The notes: a model not told the origin generated them from the sequence alone. Shown: positions 1 through 8,757, numbered from the stretch's first letter. The stretch: DNA of 36,635 nucleotides from Gammaproteobacteria bacterium (GCA_035267985.1 DATFLG010000022.1:1-36635); one strand, 5' to 3'. Numbers and translations: made by a program.

Positions 1-336
1 CCGCACCAAGGCACGCCGTGTGAAGTGGCGCAGCGAAGTGCGGTAATGGATGCGCTGCATCAAGCTACTGTACCGTCGCATATCCGCATCCAAGATGTAG
101 TTGTGAAATGTCAACATCAGGGGGACGTCAGCCGGCGCCGAGAAGATAGCGTAATCGGGTGCGGTATGCACCAGCTCCGCCGAGCGGCCGACAAGCCGGT
201 GCAGACCGAATGGCCAATACTCCCGGCGGGGGGAATACGGCATCACTTGGTAGCCGGGGAGCGCCTCAGCGAGCTGCCGGTGGACGGCGATGGCACCACT
301 TCCCTCAGGCATCGGGCTTACCACGCGCATAATCAT
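1..336 (-). CDS. Glycosyltransferase, probably GT4/GT1-type; N-terminal 112 codons only, runs off the left edge
   Basis: My own translation of the minus strand from ATG 336-334 gives MIMRVVSPMPEGSGAIAVHRQLAEALPGYQVMPYSPRREYWPFGLHRLVGRSAELVHTAPDYAIFSAPADVPLMLTFHNYILDADMRRY..., with no stop down to position 1. A purine-rich AAGGGG lies just upstream (340-345). It resembles GT4 N-terminal domains by eye. It is absent from the ORF track because it is open-ended. It is the last visible gene of the glycan operon. Confidence 0.45.
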   Translation of the reverse strand, partial: MIMRVVSPMPEGSGAIAVHRQLAEALPGYQVMPYSPRREYWPFGLHRLVGRSAELVHTAPDYAIFSAPADVPLMLTFHNYILDADMRRYSSLMQRIHYRTSLRHFTRRALVR

Positions 337-397
337 ACACCCCTTTGCAGCGCGCCCGTCGCTTGTCCCATGACCGACATGGCGAAAACCATCAACA

Positions 398-1498
398 TCA
401 GAAACCCGGGCTCACTGAGAACCGCTCCAGCAACCGGTACAGTCCGCCGCCGTAGCGCAGTCTGACCAGTGCGGCAAGCGTCAGATCAATCCACTGCTTC
501 CTCGACGGCCTATATTGCTGCGCAAGCCACGAACGCCTGAACTCGTTCAACGCAGCCGGGCCGAGGCCGGTGCTGCGGATCGCGATGCGCAGCCACTGTT
601 CGGCGACGATCCGGCATGCCGCCTCGTCACTCCGGTAAGAGGTTGCGAGATGCTCCAGCCAACGTCGGAAAGCTGCCAGTTCCTCTATGCTCTGCACCGC
701 AGTTGGATAGCGCGTGCGTCCGTGAATCCAGGCCTCCTCTTCCGTGGCGGCAACGCCCAGCACCTTCAGGGCGGCCCTGCGCACATCCGCAGCGGCTTCG
801 AGCTGGCGTTTCCGACTCGTCGCGGACACTTGCCCAGGGTGAATCCGGTACAACAGCAGCGGCTCGGGAAGGTTCCCCATGCGGGCGCGGGTCGCCAGCG
901 CCACGGCAAGGTCGTATTCTTCGGCATGCCGTGCCCGGCTGCGGTAGCGCACACCGGTATCTAGCAGCGACCGGCGCATCATCAATGTGGGGTGGGCGAA
1001 CGGTGTCTGGAAAAGTAGCGTCGTCTTAAATTGCGTATCGGTCACTGGAAAACGCATGATACGCGAGCGGCCATTACCGATGGTACGGGTCCAGCAACCG
1101 GAAAAATCTATATTATTCGCTGACATGTACGAGACCTGCCGGCGCAACCGTTCGGGCAGGGCTATGTCGTCGGCGTCCATTCGGGCAATGAAATTCCCGC
1201 GCGCCAGCTCCAGCCCGGTATTCAGCGTGTCCACTATCCCGCGGTTTTCAGGATGTCTGGCGGTCCTGATCCGCGGGTCCCGGGCCGCGAAAGCCCGCAC
1301 CGTCGCCCAGCTGCCATCCGAGGATCCGTCGTCTATCGCGATCAGCTCGATATCAGCCAGCGACTGGCCCAGTATGCTGTCGATCGCCGCTGGAAGATAC
1401 CGCCCCGCGTTATGCACCGGCATCACTACGGACACCAGCGGCGCGGTGCCAGTGCCCTGTGCACTCTTGCCCATATCCGGAGCAGTATCCGGTTTCAT
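398..1498 (-). CDS. Family 2 glycosyltransferase (GT2)
   Basis: Track ORF 398-2017 is over-extended. The conserved GT2 N-terminus is VSVVMPVHNAGRYLPAAIDSILGQS...IAIDDGSSDGS...RMDADDIA (DxD). It follows Met174 of the track ORF, which is ATG 1498-1496. That ATG overlaps the sulfotransferase stop (ATGA at 1495-1498). Confidence 0.85.
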   Translation of the reverse strand: MKPDTAPDMGKSAQGTGTAPLVSVVMPVHNAGRYLPAAIDSILGQSLADIELIAIDDGSSDGSWATVRAFAARDPRIRTARHPENRGIVDTLNTGLELARGNFIARMDADDIALPERLRRQVSYMSANNIDFSGCWTRTIGNGRSRIMRFPVTDTQFKTTLLFQTPFAHPTLMMRRSLLDTGVRYRSRARHAEEYDLAVALATRARMGNLPEPLLLYRIHPGQVSATSRKRQLEAAADVRRAALKVLGVAATEEEAWIHGRTRYPTAVQSIEELAAFRRWLEHLATSYRSDEAACRIVAEQWLRIAIRSTGLGPAALNEFRRSWLAQQYRPSRKQWIDLTLAALVRLRYGGGLYRLLERFSVSPGF

Positions 1499-2400
1499 TC
1501 TTTCGGCCCTGGACCGCGTCCGTTCAGCCACCCGGACAGGTCGCGCCCAAGCAAGGACGACAGCTTCAGGACGTCCGCTCGAAAGTACCGGCTCAGCTCG
1601 GCTTGGAACTCCGGCGAGACAGGGGACCTCGCCTGGTAGCGGGAGTTGAAGCGATTCACAAGTTTGTACACACCGAGCCCCCGCCGAATGCCCATACGAC
1701 GCTTGAGTGCTCCGCCCGCCAATAACCACCGGTGAAGCCACCGGGAGCGTATGCCGCGGCCCTGGTTGGTGGCAGGAAAATTCTGCCGGCCGTCGCACTC
1801 TACTTGCAGAAAGCGCAGCACATTGGCATAAACCCCGGCTGTGTCCCGAACAAAATCGTCGAACACGATCGTCATCAGTTGCTCCGGCCTGGCCCGATCC
1901 ATGATACATTCGAGCTGGCGCCCCAGGAGGCAGACCGGCCCGTACAGAATGTGTGCGGGCTCGGCGCATGTGGCCGGTACCTTTGCGCCGGCGCTGCGCG
2001 GGCCTTGCAGGCGCCATGCCCGCTCGAAGTCCAGTTCGTCCTCAAGGGGTTCCTGAACATTCTGAGCATGCAGGGAATAGGCCATGTCCAGGGGATTGCG
2101 CACCATGGCGATCAGGCGCGCGTCCGGGCGGAAACGCAGGATTTCATCGACGGCCACCGTCGAGGAAAGGTAACGGGTGGATGCCTCACCCACGGCCTGG
2201 TGCGCCGTCCCCGCGCTCCGGAACAGGCGCAGATACTGTTCGACGCTCTGGGTGGGCCGGTTGGCGTGGTCGAAATTGAAGAAATGCGGCTCTTTGGGAT
2301 CGCACATGAAGACCTGCGGATGCCCTCGCAGGTACTCGCTCAGGGCGGTAGTTCCGCACTTTGGCGCTCCGATGATGAAGAAACCCGGCCTCCGAGTCAC
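1495..2400 (-). CDS. PAPS-dependent sulfotransferase family protein
   Basis: Track ORF is 1495-2427. It has a 5'-phosphosulfate-binding loop FFIIGAPKCGTTAL near the N-terminus and a 3'-phosphate motif VRNPLDMAYS. I set the start at GTG 2400-2398, which has GGAG 9 nt upstream and makes a GTGA overlap with the flippase stop at 2399-2397. GTG 2427 is the alternative start. Confidence 0.8.
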   Translation of the reverse strand: MTRRPGFFIIGAPKCGTTALSEYLRGHPQVFMCDPKEPHFFNFDHANRPTQSVEQYLRLFRSAGTAHQAVGEASTRYLSSTVAVDEILRFRPDARLIAMVRNPLDMAYSLHAQNVQEPLEDELDFERAWRLQGPRSAGAKVPATCAEPAHILYGPVCLLGRQLECIMDRARPEQLMTIVFDDFVRDTAGVYANVLRFLQVECDGRQNFPATNQGRGIRSRWLHRWLLAGGALKRRMGIRRGLGVYKLVNRFNSRYQARSPVSPEFQAELSRYFRADVLKLSSLLGRDLSGWLNGRGPGPKE

Positions 2401-3689
2401 CGCAGTTTTCTCCACATGAGGAGCCACAACATGCAGGTGAGCAGGGTCTGGGATATCAGCGTTGCTGCGACGGCGCCCCCCCAGGAATAATACGGGATCA
2501 ACAACAGGTTGGCCGTGACATTAACCGCCACCGCAACCGCTTCCAGTGCGCTGCGCAGGCCTTGGTGCCCGCTGCCGGTGAGTGCATTTCCGGCGAAAAA
2601 CCGGAACGTTCCGATCAACGGCATCACGGCCAGCCAGCGTGCCGCTACAGCGCTCGATTCGTAACCATGTCCCAACAGCATAGTAAAAACAGGCGCCAGC
2701 AGGTAAATCCCGGCGCCGGCGACGACGGCGTAGGCCAGCGCCGGCGGCAGCAACCGGCGCGCGTAGCGCGTGCTCGCCGCTATACCCCCGGCGCCATGTT
2801 GAAAGAAACGCGGATAGGAAGACGCCAGCAGCGCGGCCACGGGCATGAACGCAACTTCCACGAGTCGGAAAGCCGCCGAATAGATGCCGGCGGACTCGAG
2901 TGTGGACAGTCGGGTCAGCAGTGCCTTGTCGAAGTCGTTATGGGTCCGGTACGCACTCGCCCCGGCCGCAAAATAAAAGCCTTCCTTGACCTGCTCCCGG
3001 CTCGGGACATCGGGGTTCCGCGGCCGGCCCAGGGAGCGGCTGACCCACACAATCGCCACCACCGCCGCAGCCGCCGAGGTGCCCATATACAGCCCTCCCC
3101 AGGAAAGCGGTGTAGGCGGCACCAGCGATGCCAACATTGCCACGGCGCCGACTAGGCGTGCGAGCGCAAGCAACACGAGCAGGGTCGCCGCGGAGGTCAT
3201 ACGCTGGACGGCCTGGAATGCCTGGGCCGAAATCATTACCGCCCCCCCGAAGAGCAAATCGGCCACCGCGACGTAGAGCACCAGAACCGCCGGGATCAAC
3301 GGGGGAAACAGCCATCGGGCAAAACCCGTCACGGCAGGGATCAGAAGGCCAGCCGTAACCAGCAATGCAAGCAGGGCGCGCCCCCAACATTGCGAGAAGT
3401 CCCCGGGGTACCGCGCGACCTGCTTGACCAGCAGATCACCCTGCCCCCAACCTGCGTACGGCATAGCCGTGGCAGTCAACGCGACAACGCCGGCGAACCC
3501 CCCGTACCCCTGGGCGCCCAGGACTCTGGCGACTATTACGAACACGGCTGCCTGGATGCCGATCCGCAGCCCGTTCCCGACCATGGTCGCCAGGGTGTTG
3601 CGGGCAAGCTGATGAGTGGACCTCGGGCCCGTACTCGGCTGAGGCAGCCGAGTCACAAAGGCCGGGTTGTCCTTTGATGTCTTTGCCAT
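2397..3689 (-). CDS. Wzx-like oligosaccharide/polysaccharide flippase (MOP superfamily)
   Basis: Track ORF is 2397-3824. The product is hydrophobic throughout with many predicted helices. The N-terminus LARNTLATMVGNGLRIGIQAAVFVIVARVLGAQGYGGFAGV is typical of Polysacc_synt/Wzx proteins. I set the start at ATG 3689-3687 (MAKTSKDNPAF...). The start choice is moderately uncertain. Confidence 0.8.
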   Translation of the reverse strand: MAKTSKDNPAFVTRLPQPSTGPRSTHQLARNTLATMVGNGLRIGIQAAVFVIVARVLGAQGYGGFAGVVALTATAMPYAGWGQGDLLVKQVARYPGDFSQCWGRALLALLVTAGLLIPAVTGFARWLFPPLIPAVLVLYVAVADLLFGGAVMISAQAFQAVQRMTSAATLLVLLALARLVGAVAMLASLVPPTPLSWGGLYMGTSAAAAVVAIVWVSRSLGRPRNPDVPSREQVKEGFYFAAGASAYRTHNDFDKALLTRLSTLESAGIYSAAFRLVEVAFMPVAALLASSYPRFFQHGAGGIAASTRYARRLLPPALAYAVVAGAGIYLLAPVFTMLLGHGYESSAVAARWLAVMPLIGTFRFFAGNALTGSGHQGLRSALEAVAVAVNVTANLLLIPYYSWGGAVAATLISQTLLTCMLWLLMWRKLR

Positions 3690-3981
3690 CGGCGCTCGGT
3701 CACTTCCGGTACCCACCTGGACGCTCCGGGGCAGGCGGCATCCAGTCCCGATAACGGCCCGCCCCGACGAAGACTGGAATAACGGTTCGCAGACAGGTCC
3801 CGGACGCTGCCTTGACGGAACCAACCGTACCGAGTTGATCTTTCTAAATCAATCTGTTATTTGTCCGTTTGCGTCTCCGTGGCGGCCCCACGAAGTTCCT
3901 GCGGACGTGAGCCCGCACTCGCGGACTCACGTCTGGATCGGGGTCAAGTTCTGCGCGTATTGGACGATCTTTTACGGAAGA

Positions 3982-4002
3982 CCGAGGCCAATCCGGCCTC
4001 GG
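3982..4002. repeat. Inverted repeat/hairpin (8-bp stem CCGAGGCC / GGCCTCGG, 5-nt loop) in the flippase-pilB divergent region
   Basis: Read directly from the sequence: ccgaggcc aatcc ggcctcgg. There is no adjacent U/T tract on either strand, so it is not an intrinsic terminator. It could be an operator or an RNA 5'-UTR structure. Confidence 0.4.
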
Positions 4003-4098
4003 AAAGCCTCGGTATATGGCGCCCCCGGTGAAACAACTGCCCAACGAATGAAATACGTCACATAATTCGCCGGCCAATCAAGGTATTAATCATCCATT

Positions 4099-5811
4099 AT
4101 GGCGACAACGACCCCCAACTTTCAGCTCAACGGCCTGGCCCGCCGCCTGGTCGCCGACGGCCTGCTGGCCGAAGAGGCGGCCCGGGAGGCCCAGTCGGCT
4201 TCCCTCAAGAAGCGCACGCCCCTGGTGTCGTATCTGGTGGAGAACCAGATGGCGGCTGCCAGCGGCATTGCCGAAGCGGCCTGTCAGGAGTTCGGCGTCC
4301 CCCTGTTCGATCTCAAGGCCATGGAGCTGGAACCGAACACGGTCAAGATGGTGGAGGAGAAGCTGATCCGCCACCACCGGGCTCTGCCCCTGTTCAAGCG
4401 CGGCAACCGGCTGTTCGTGGCGGTCTCCGATCCCACCAACCTCCAGGCCCTGGACGAGATCAAGTTCCACACCGGCGTGAGCACCGAATCGGTGCTGGTG
4501 GAAGAGGACAAGCTCAGCCAGGCCATCGAGCGCAGCCTGGAGGGACTCGAGGGCTCCATGGAGGGGCTGCTGGACGAGGATCTGGAGAACCTGGATGTCA
4601 GCGCCGCGGACGACGACGATGCCGGCGATGTCAGCGAATCGGACATCGACGACACGCCGGTGGTGCGGTTCGTGAACAAGATCCTGGTGGACGCCATCAA
4701 CAAGGGCGCCTCCGACATCCATATCGAGCCCTACGAAAAGACCTTCCGGGTCCGTTTCCGCCAGGACGGCGTGCTGCACGAGATGGCCAGCCCGCCGCTG
4801 GCACTGGCCAACCGCATCGCGGCGCGCCTCAAGGTGATGAGCCGCATGGACATCGCCGAGCGGCGCGTTCCCCAGGACGGGCGCATCAAGATGCACCTGT
4901 CCAAGAACCGGGCCATCGATTTTCGTGTCAACACCCTGCCCACCCTGTTCGGCGAGAAGATCGTGCTGCGTATTCTCGATCCCAGCAGCGCCAAGCTGGG
5001 CATCGACGCCCTGGGCTACGAGGAGCAGCAGAAACAGCTCTATCTGGAAGCCATCAACAAGCCCTACGGCATGGTGCTGGTCACCGGCCCCACCGGCAGC
5101 GGCAAGACCGTCTCGCTGTATACGGGACTGAACATTCTGAACACGGCGGATCGGAACATCTCCACCTGCGAAGACCCGGTGGAAATCAACCTGCAGGGCA
5201 TCAACCAGGTCAACATGAACCCCAAGGCGGGGTTGACCTTCGCGGCGGCGCTGCGGGCCTTCCTGCGCCAGGATCCGGACGTGATCATGGTGGGTGAGAT
5301 TCGCGACCTTGAAACGGCGGAAATCGCCATCAAGGCGGCCCAGACCGGCCACCTGGTCCTGTCCACCCTGCACACCAACGACGCGCCCCAGACCCTCACC
5401 CGCCTGATGAACATGGGCGTGCCCACCTACAACATCGCCTCCTCGGTGCACCTGATCATCGCCCAGCGCCTCGCCCGGCGGCTGTGCAACAACTGCAAGA
5501 AGGTGGAGGACATCCCCCGCCAGACCCTGCTGGACGAGGGTTTTTCCGAAGAGGATGCGGACAGCATCAAGGTCTACGGCCCGGGGGGATGCGAGCAGTG
5601 CACCGCAGGCTACAAGGGCCGGGTGGGCATCTACCAGGTGATGCCCGTTTCCGAGGCCATGGGCCGCATCATCATGGAAGGCGGCAATGCCCTGCAGCTG
5701 GCGGAGCAGGCCAAGAAGGACGGCGTCCCGGACCTGCGCGAGTCGGGTCTGATGAAGGTCAAGCAGGGCATTACCAGTCTGGAAGAAGTCAACCGGGTCA
5801 CAAAGGAATAG
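4099..5811 (+). CDS. pilB: Type IV pilus assembly ATPase PilB (GspE family)
   Basis: The 570-aa product has Walker A GPTGSGKT and a GspE-type N-terminal domain (LARRLVADGLLAEEAAREA...). The C-terminal tetracysteine motif is CNNCKK...CEQC. pilC and pilD follow it. Confidence 0.95.
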   Translation: MATTTPNFQLNGLARRLVADGLLAEEAAREAQSASLKKRTPLVSYLVENQMAAASGIAEAACQEFGVPLFDLKAMELEPNTVKMVEEKLIRHHRALPLFKRGNRLFVAVSDPTNLQALDEIKFHTGVSTESVLVEEDKLSQAIERSLEGLEGSMEGLLDEDLENLDVSAADDDDAGDVSESDIDDTPVVRFVNKILVDAINKGASDIHIEPYEKTFRVRFRQDGVLHEMASPPLALANRIAARLKVMSRMDIAERRVPQDGRIKMHLSKNRAIDFRVNTLPTLFGEKIVLRILDPSSAKLGIDALGYEEQQKQLYLEAINKPYGMVLVTGPTGSGKTVSLYTGLNILNTADRNISTCEDPVEINLQGINQVNMNPKAGLTFAAALRAFLRQDPDVIMVGEIRDLETAEIAIKAAQTGHLVLSTLHTNDAPQTLTRLMNMGVPTYNIASSVHLIIAQRLARRLCNNCKKVEDIPRQTLLDEGFSEEDADSIKVYGPGGCEQCTAGYKGRVGIYQVMPVSEAMGRIIMEGGNALQLAEQAKKDGVPDLRESGLMKVKQGITSLEEVNRVTKE

Positions 5812-5815
5812 GGCT

Positions 5816-7042
5816 ATGGCGGAGAAAGCGCTGAAACTCAAGCAGGACATGTTCTCCTGGGAGGGCACGGACCGCCGGGGCTCGCGGGTCAAGGGTGAGA
5901 GCCGGGCCAGCAACCCGAACATGGTGAAGGCGGACCTGCGCCGCCAGGGCATCACCCCTCTGAAGGTGCGCAAAAAATCGACGCTGTTCGCCAATGCCAA
6001 TAAGAAGAAGATCCAGCCCAAGGACATTGCGGTGTTCACCCGCCAGCTCGCCACCATGCTGGGGGCGGGCGTGCCCCTGGTGCAGGCCTTCGACATCATC
6101 GGCCGGGGGCACGAGAACCCCTCCATGCAAGAGCTGGTGATGGGCATCAAGAACGACGTGGAGACCGGCAATGCCCTGGCCGGCGCCCTGGCCAAGCACC
6201 CGCTGTATTTCGACGATCTGGTATGCAACCTGGTCAGCGCCGGCGAGGCGGCCGGCGTGCTGGAAACCCTGCTGGACAAGATCGCCACCTACAAGGAAAA
6301 GACCGAGGCCCTCAAGAGCAAGATCAAGAAAGCGCTGTTCTATCCCGCGGCGGTCATCGTGGTGGCGATCATCGTCACGTCCATCCTGCTCCTGTTCGTG
6401 GTGCCCCAGTTCGAGTCGCTGTTCAAGGGCTTCGGGGCGGATCTCCCCGCCTTCACCCAGCTGGTGATCGACCTCTCCCGGTTCCTGCAGCACTGGTGGT
6501 GGGCCGTGTTCGGCGCGTTGATTCTGGCTGTGATCGGGTTTGTCCAGGCAAAACGTCGATCACCCCAGTTCAACCGGGTGCTGGACCGCATGATCCTGAA
6601 GGTGCCGGTGGTGGGTGCGATCATGCAGAAGGCGGCCATTGCCCGCTTCTCGCGCACCCTGTCCACCATGTTCGCGGCCGGCGTGCCCCTGGTGGAAGCA
6701 ATGGATTCGGTGGCCGGCGCCACCGGCAACGTCGTCTACCAGGACGGCGTCAACCAGATGCGCGACAACGTGGCCACGGGCCAGCAGCTGCAGCTGTCCA
6801 TGACCCAGACCGGCCTGTTTCCCAACATGGTGGTGCAGATGGTGGCCATCGGCGAGGAGTCGGGCTCCCTGGACGACATGCTGAGCAAGGTTGCCGACTT
6901 CTACGAGCAGGAAGTGGACGACGCCGTGGACGGGCTCAGCAGCCTGCTCGAGCCGCTGATCATGGCGATCCTGGGCGTGCTGGTGGGCAGCCTGGTGGTG
7001 GCCATGTACCTGCCCATCTTCAAGCTGGGTTCCGTGGTCTGA
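5816..7042 (+). CDS. pilC: Type IV pilus platform protein PilC (GspF family)
   Basis: The 408-aa product has duplicated GspF domains (FTRQLATMLGAGVPLVQAF / FSRTLSTMFAAGVPLVEAM). The ATG lies 4 nt after the pilB stop. Confidence 0.95.
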   Translation: MAEKALKLKQDMFSWEGTDRRGSRVKGESRASNPNMVKADLRRQGITPLKVRKKSTLFANANKKKIQPKDIAVFTRQLATMLGAGVPLVQAFDIIGRGHENPSMQELVMGIKNDVETGNALAGALAKHPLYFDDLVCNLVSAGEAAGVLETLLDKIATYKEKTEALKSKIKKALFYPAAVIVVAIIVTSILLLFVVPQFESLFKGFGADLPAFTQLVIDLSRFLQHWWWAVFGALILAVIGFVQAKRRSPQFNRVLDRMILKVPVVGAIMQKAAIARFSRTLSTMFAAGVPLVEAMDSVAGATGNVVYQDGVNQMRDNVATGQQLQLSMTQTGLFPNMVVQMVAIGEESGSLDDMLSKVADFYEQEVDDAVDGLSSLLEPLIMAILGVLVGSLVVAMYLPIFKLGSVV

Positions 7043-7057
7043 TGCCGAGCCCGTGGC

Positions 7058-7077
7058 GGCCCGCCGGCCGGCGGGCC
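7058..7077. repeat. Perfect 20-bp GC palindrome (GGCCCGCCGG|CCGGCGGGCC) between pilC and pilD
   Basis: Read directly from the sequence. It lies 16 nt after the pilC stop and 17 nt before the pilD ATG, with no U-tract. It is a candidate mRNA hairpin that sets the pilC:pilD expression ratio or transcript stability. Confidence 0.5.
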
Positions 7078-7094
7078 CCAGTGGTCCCACCCCC

Positions 7095-7967
7095 ATGAAC
7101 CTGATCGAGCTGCTGCAGACCAGCCCAGCCACGTGGATCGGCACATGCACCGTGCTCGGTCTGGTGGTGGGCAGCTTCCTGAACGTGGTCGTCCACCGAC
7201 TACCGTTGATGCTGGAGCGGGAATGGCGAACCCAGTGCCGGGAGCTGCTGGCCGAGGGGGAGCCGGTCCCGGAGGAACCCGTCCTTTCCCTTTCCCGGCC
7301 CGGCTCCCACTGCCCCCGGTGCGGGCGGCCCGTCCGGGCGCTGGAGAATGTCCCGGTACTGAGCTATGTGTGGCTCAGGGGCCGGTGCGCCGGCTGCGGC
7401 GCCCGGATTTCCCTGCGCTACCCGGCAGTGGAGCTGACCGCCGGTGTGCTGTCCGGCATCGTGGCCTGGCGCCTGGGCTTCGGCTGGCCGGCGGCCGCCG
7501 CCCTGGTGCTCACCTGGAGCCTGATCCCGCTGAGCGCCATCGACATCGACCGCCAGATCCTGCCCGACGCCATCACCCTGCCCCTGCTCTGGCTGGGCCT
7601 GCTGCTGAGCCTGGGCGGCGTGTTCGTGCCCAGCGCCACCAGCATCATCGGCGCCGCCGCCGGCTATCTGTCCCTGTGGACCGTCTATCACGTGTTCCGG
7701 CTGGTCACCGGCAAGGAAGGTATGGGCTACGGGGACTTCAAGCTGCTGGCCATGCTGGGCGCCTGGCTGGGCTGGCAGATGGTCCCGGTGGTCATCCTGC
7801 TGTCCTCCGTCGTGGGCGCGGTGACCGGCATCGCCCTGCTGGCCCTGCGCCGGCACGACCGGGGCGTACCCATCCCCTTCGGCCCTTACCTGGCGGCGGC
7901 CGGGTGGATCGCCCTGCTGTGGGGGCACACCCTGGTGGGCGCCTACCTGGGTTGGGCGACGGGCTAG
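7095..7967 (+). CDS. pilD: Prepilin peptidase / N-methyltransferase PilD
   Basis: I set the start at ATG 7095 (MNLIELLQTSPATW...GSFLNVVVHRLP), which matches PilD N-termini. The track GTG at 7053 is over-extended. The product has a CPRCG...CAGCG zinc motif and catalytic Asp contexts AIDID and GMGYGDFKLL. Confidence 0.92.
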   Translation: MNLIELLQTSPATWIGTCTVLGLVVGSFLNVVVHRLPLMLEREWRTQCRELLAEGEPVPEEPVLSLSRPGSHCPRCGRPVRALENVPVLSYVWLRGRCAGCGARISLRYPAVELTAGVLSGIVAWRLGFGWPAAAALVLTWSLIPLSAIDIDRQILPDAITLPLLWLGLLLSLGGVFVPSATSIIGAAAGYLSLWTVYHVFRLVTGKEGMGYGDFKLLAMLGAWLGWQMVPVVILLSSVVGAVTGIALLALRRHDRGVPIPFGPYLAAAGWIALLWGHTLVGAYLGWATG

Positions 7968-8160
7968 GAGATCTCGGCCGGGGACCCTGAACCGGCGTTC
8001 ACCGCGTTGCAAAGACGCCCGGAGTGCTCACTGCCCGCCCCTTGGCGCCTTGTGAGCATGCGCTTGACCAGCCTTGCGCAGAGCTTCCCTGGAACCGGCC
8101 CGAAAGGGCATCCCGGGCCGCCTCTTCCCCTGCGGGCCGCACCTCCGTATCGTAGCGCTC

Positions 8161-8757
8161 ATGCTGAAGATCGGACTCACCGGCGGCATCGGCAGCGGCA
8201 AGTCCACCGTGGCCCGGTACTTCGCCGATCTGGGGATACCGGTGGTCGATGCGGATGTGATCGCCCGGGAGCTGGTGACCCCGGGCAGCGACGCGCTGGC
8301 GGCCATCGTCGACGCCTTCGGTCCCGACTTCCTGCGCCCGGACGGCACCCTGGACCGCGCCCGCCTGGGCGCCCATGTGTTTTCCGATCCCGCCGCCCGC
8401 CGGCGCCTGGAGGGAATTCTCCACCCGCCGGTGCTGCAGGCCATGACCGAGCGGGCGGCCCGGCTCGAGGGTCCCTACTGCATCCTGGTCATCCCCCTGC
8501 TCCTGGAAACCGGGCAGAGCGGACTCGTGGACCGGGTGCTGGTGGTGGACGCCCCGCCGGAACTGCAGCGCCGGCGGGTGGCCGCCCGGGATGCGCTGGA
8601 CGCCGACCGCATCGAGGCGGTGCTGGCCGCCCAGACGGACCGCACGAGCCGGCTGGACCGGGCAAACGATGTCATCGTCAACGACGGAAGCTGCGCGGAC
8701 CTGCGGGCGCAGGTGGCCGATCTTCACCAGCGCTATCTCGCTCTGGGGGCCGCTTGA
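8161..8757 (+). CDS. coaE: Dephospho-CoA kinase
   Basis: The product begins MLKIGLTGGIGSGKSTVARYF, with the P-loop within the first 15 residues. Track ORF 8074-8757 is over-extended. The position after pilD matches Pseudomonas and E. coli. Confidence 0.92.
   Translation: MLKIGLTGGIGSGKSTVARYFADLGIPVVDADVIARELVTPGSDALAAIVDAFGPDFLRPDGTLDRARLGAHVFSDPAARRRLEGILHPPVLQAMTERAARLEGPYCILVIPLLLETGQSGLVDRVLVVDAPPELQRRRVAARDALDADRIEAVLAAQTDRTSRLDRANDVIVNDGSCADLRAQVADLHQRYLALGAA

Noticed and set aside
25-465. A 146-aa plus-strand ORF at the left edge.
   Set aside because: It has no recognisable motifs and a GTG start without an SD. It lies antisense to a better GT4-like open frame (1-336, minus strand) that fits the operon context.
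3961-3976. A sigma54-like element TGGACGATCTTTTACG upstream of pilB.
   Set aside because: The critical -12 GC dinucleotide is replaced (TTAC instead of TTGC). pilB is not typically RpoN-dependent, and a single weak match is likely to arise by chance.
3667-4077. ORFs 3667-4065 (+, 132 aa) and 3844-4077 (-, 77 aa) in the flippase-pilB divergent region, which I checked as possible pilin or regulator genes.
   Set aside because: They are Arg/Pro-rich with no pilin N-terminus and no SD, and they overlap each other and the flippase start. They are more likely non-coding promoter/UTR DNA.
4090-6288. A 732-aa minus-strand ORF antisense to pilB and the start of pilC.
   Set aside because: The reasoning is the same as for the secA antisense ORF: a stop-poor antisense frame of a high-GC gene with repetitive composition and no motifs. 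pilB and pilC on the plus strand are certain.
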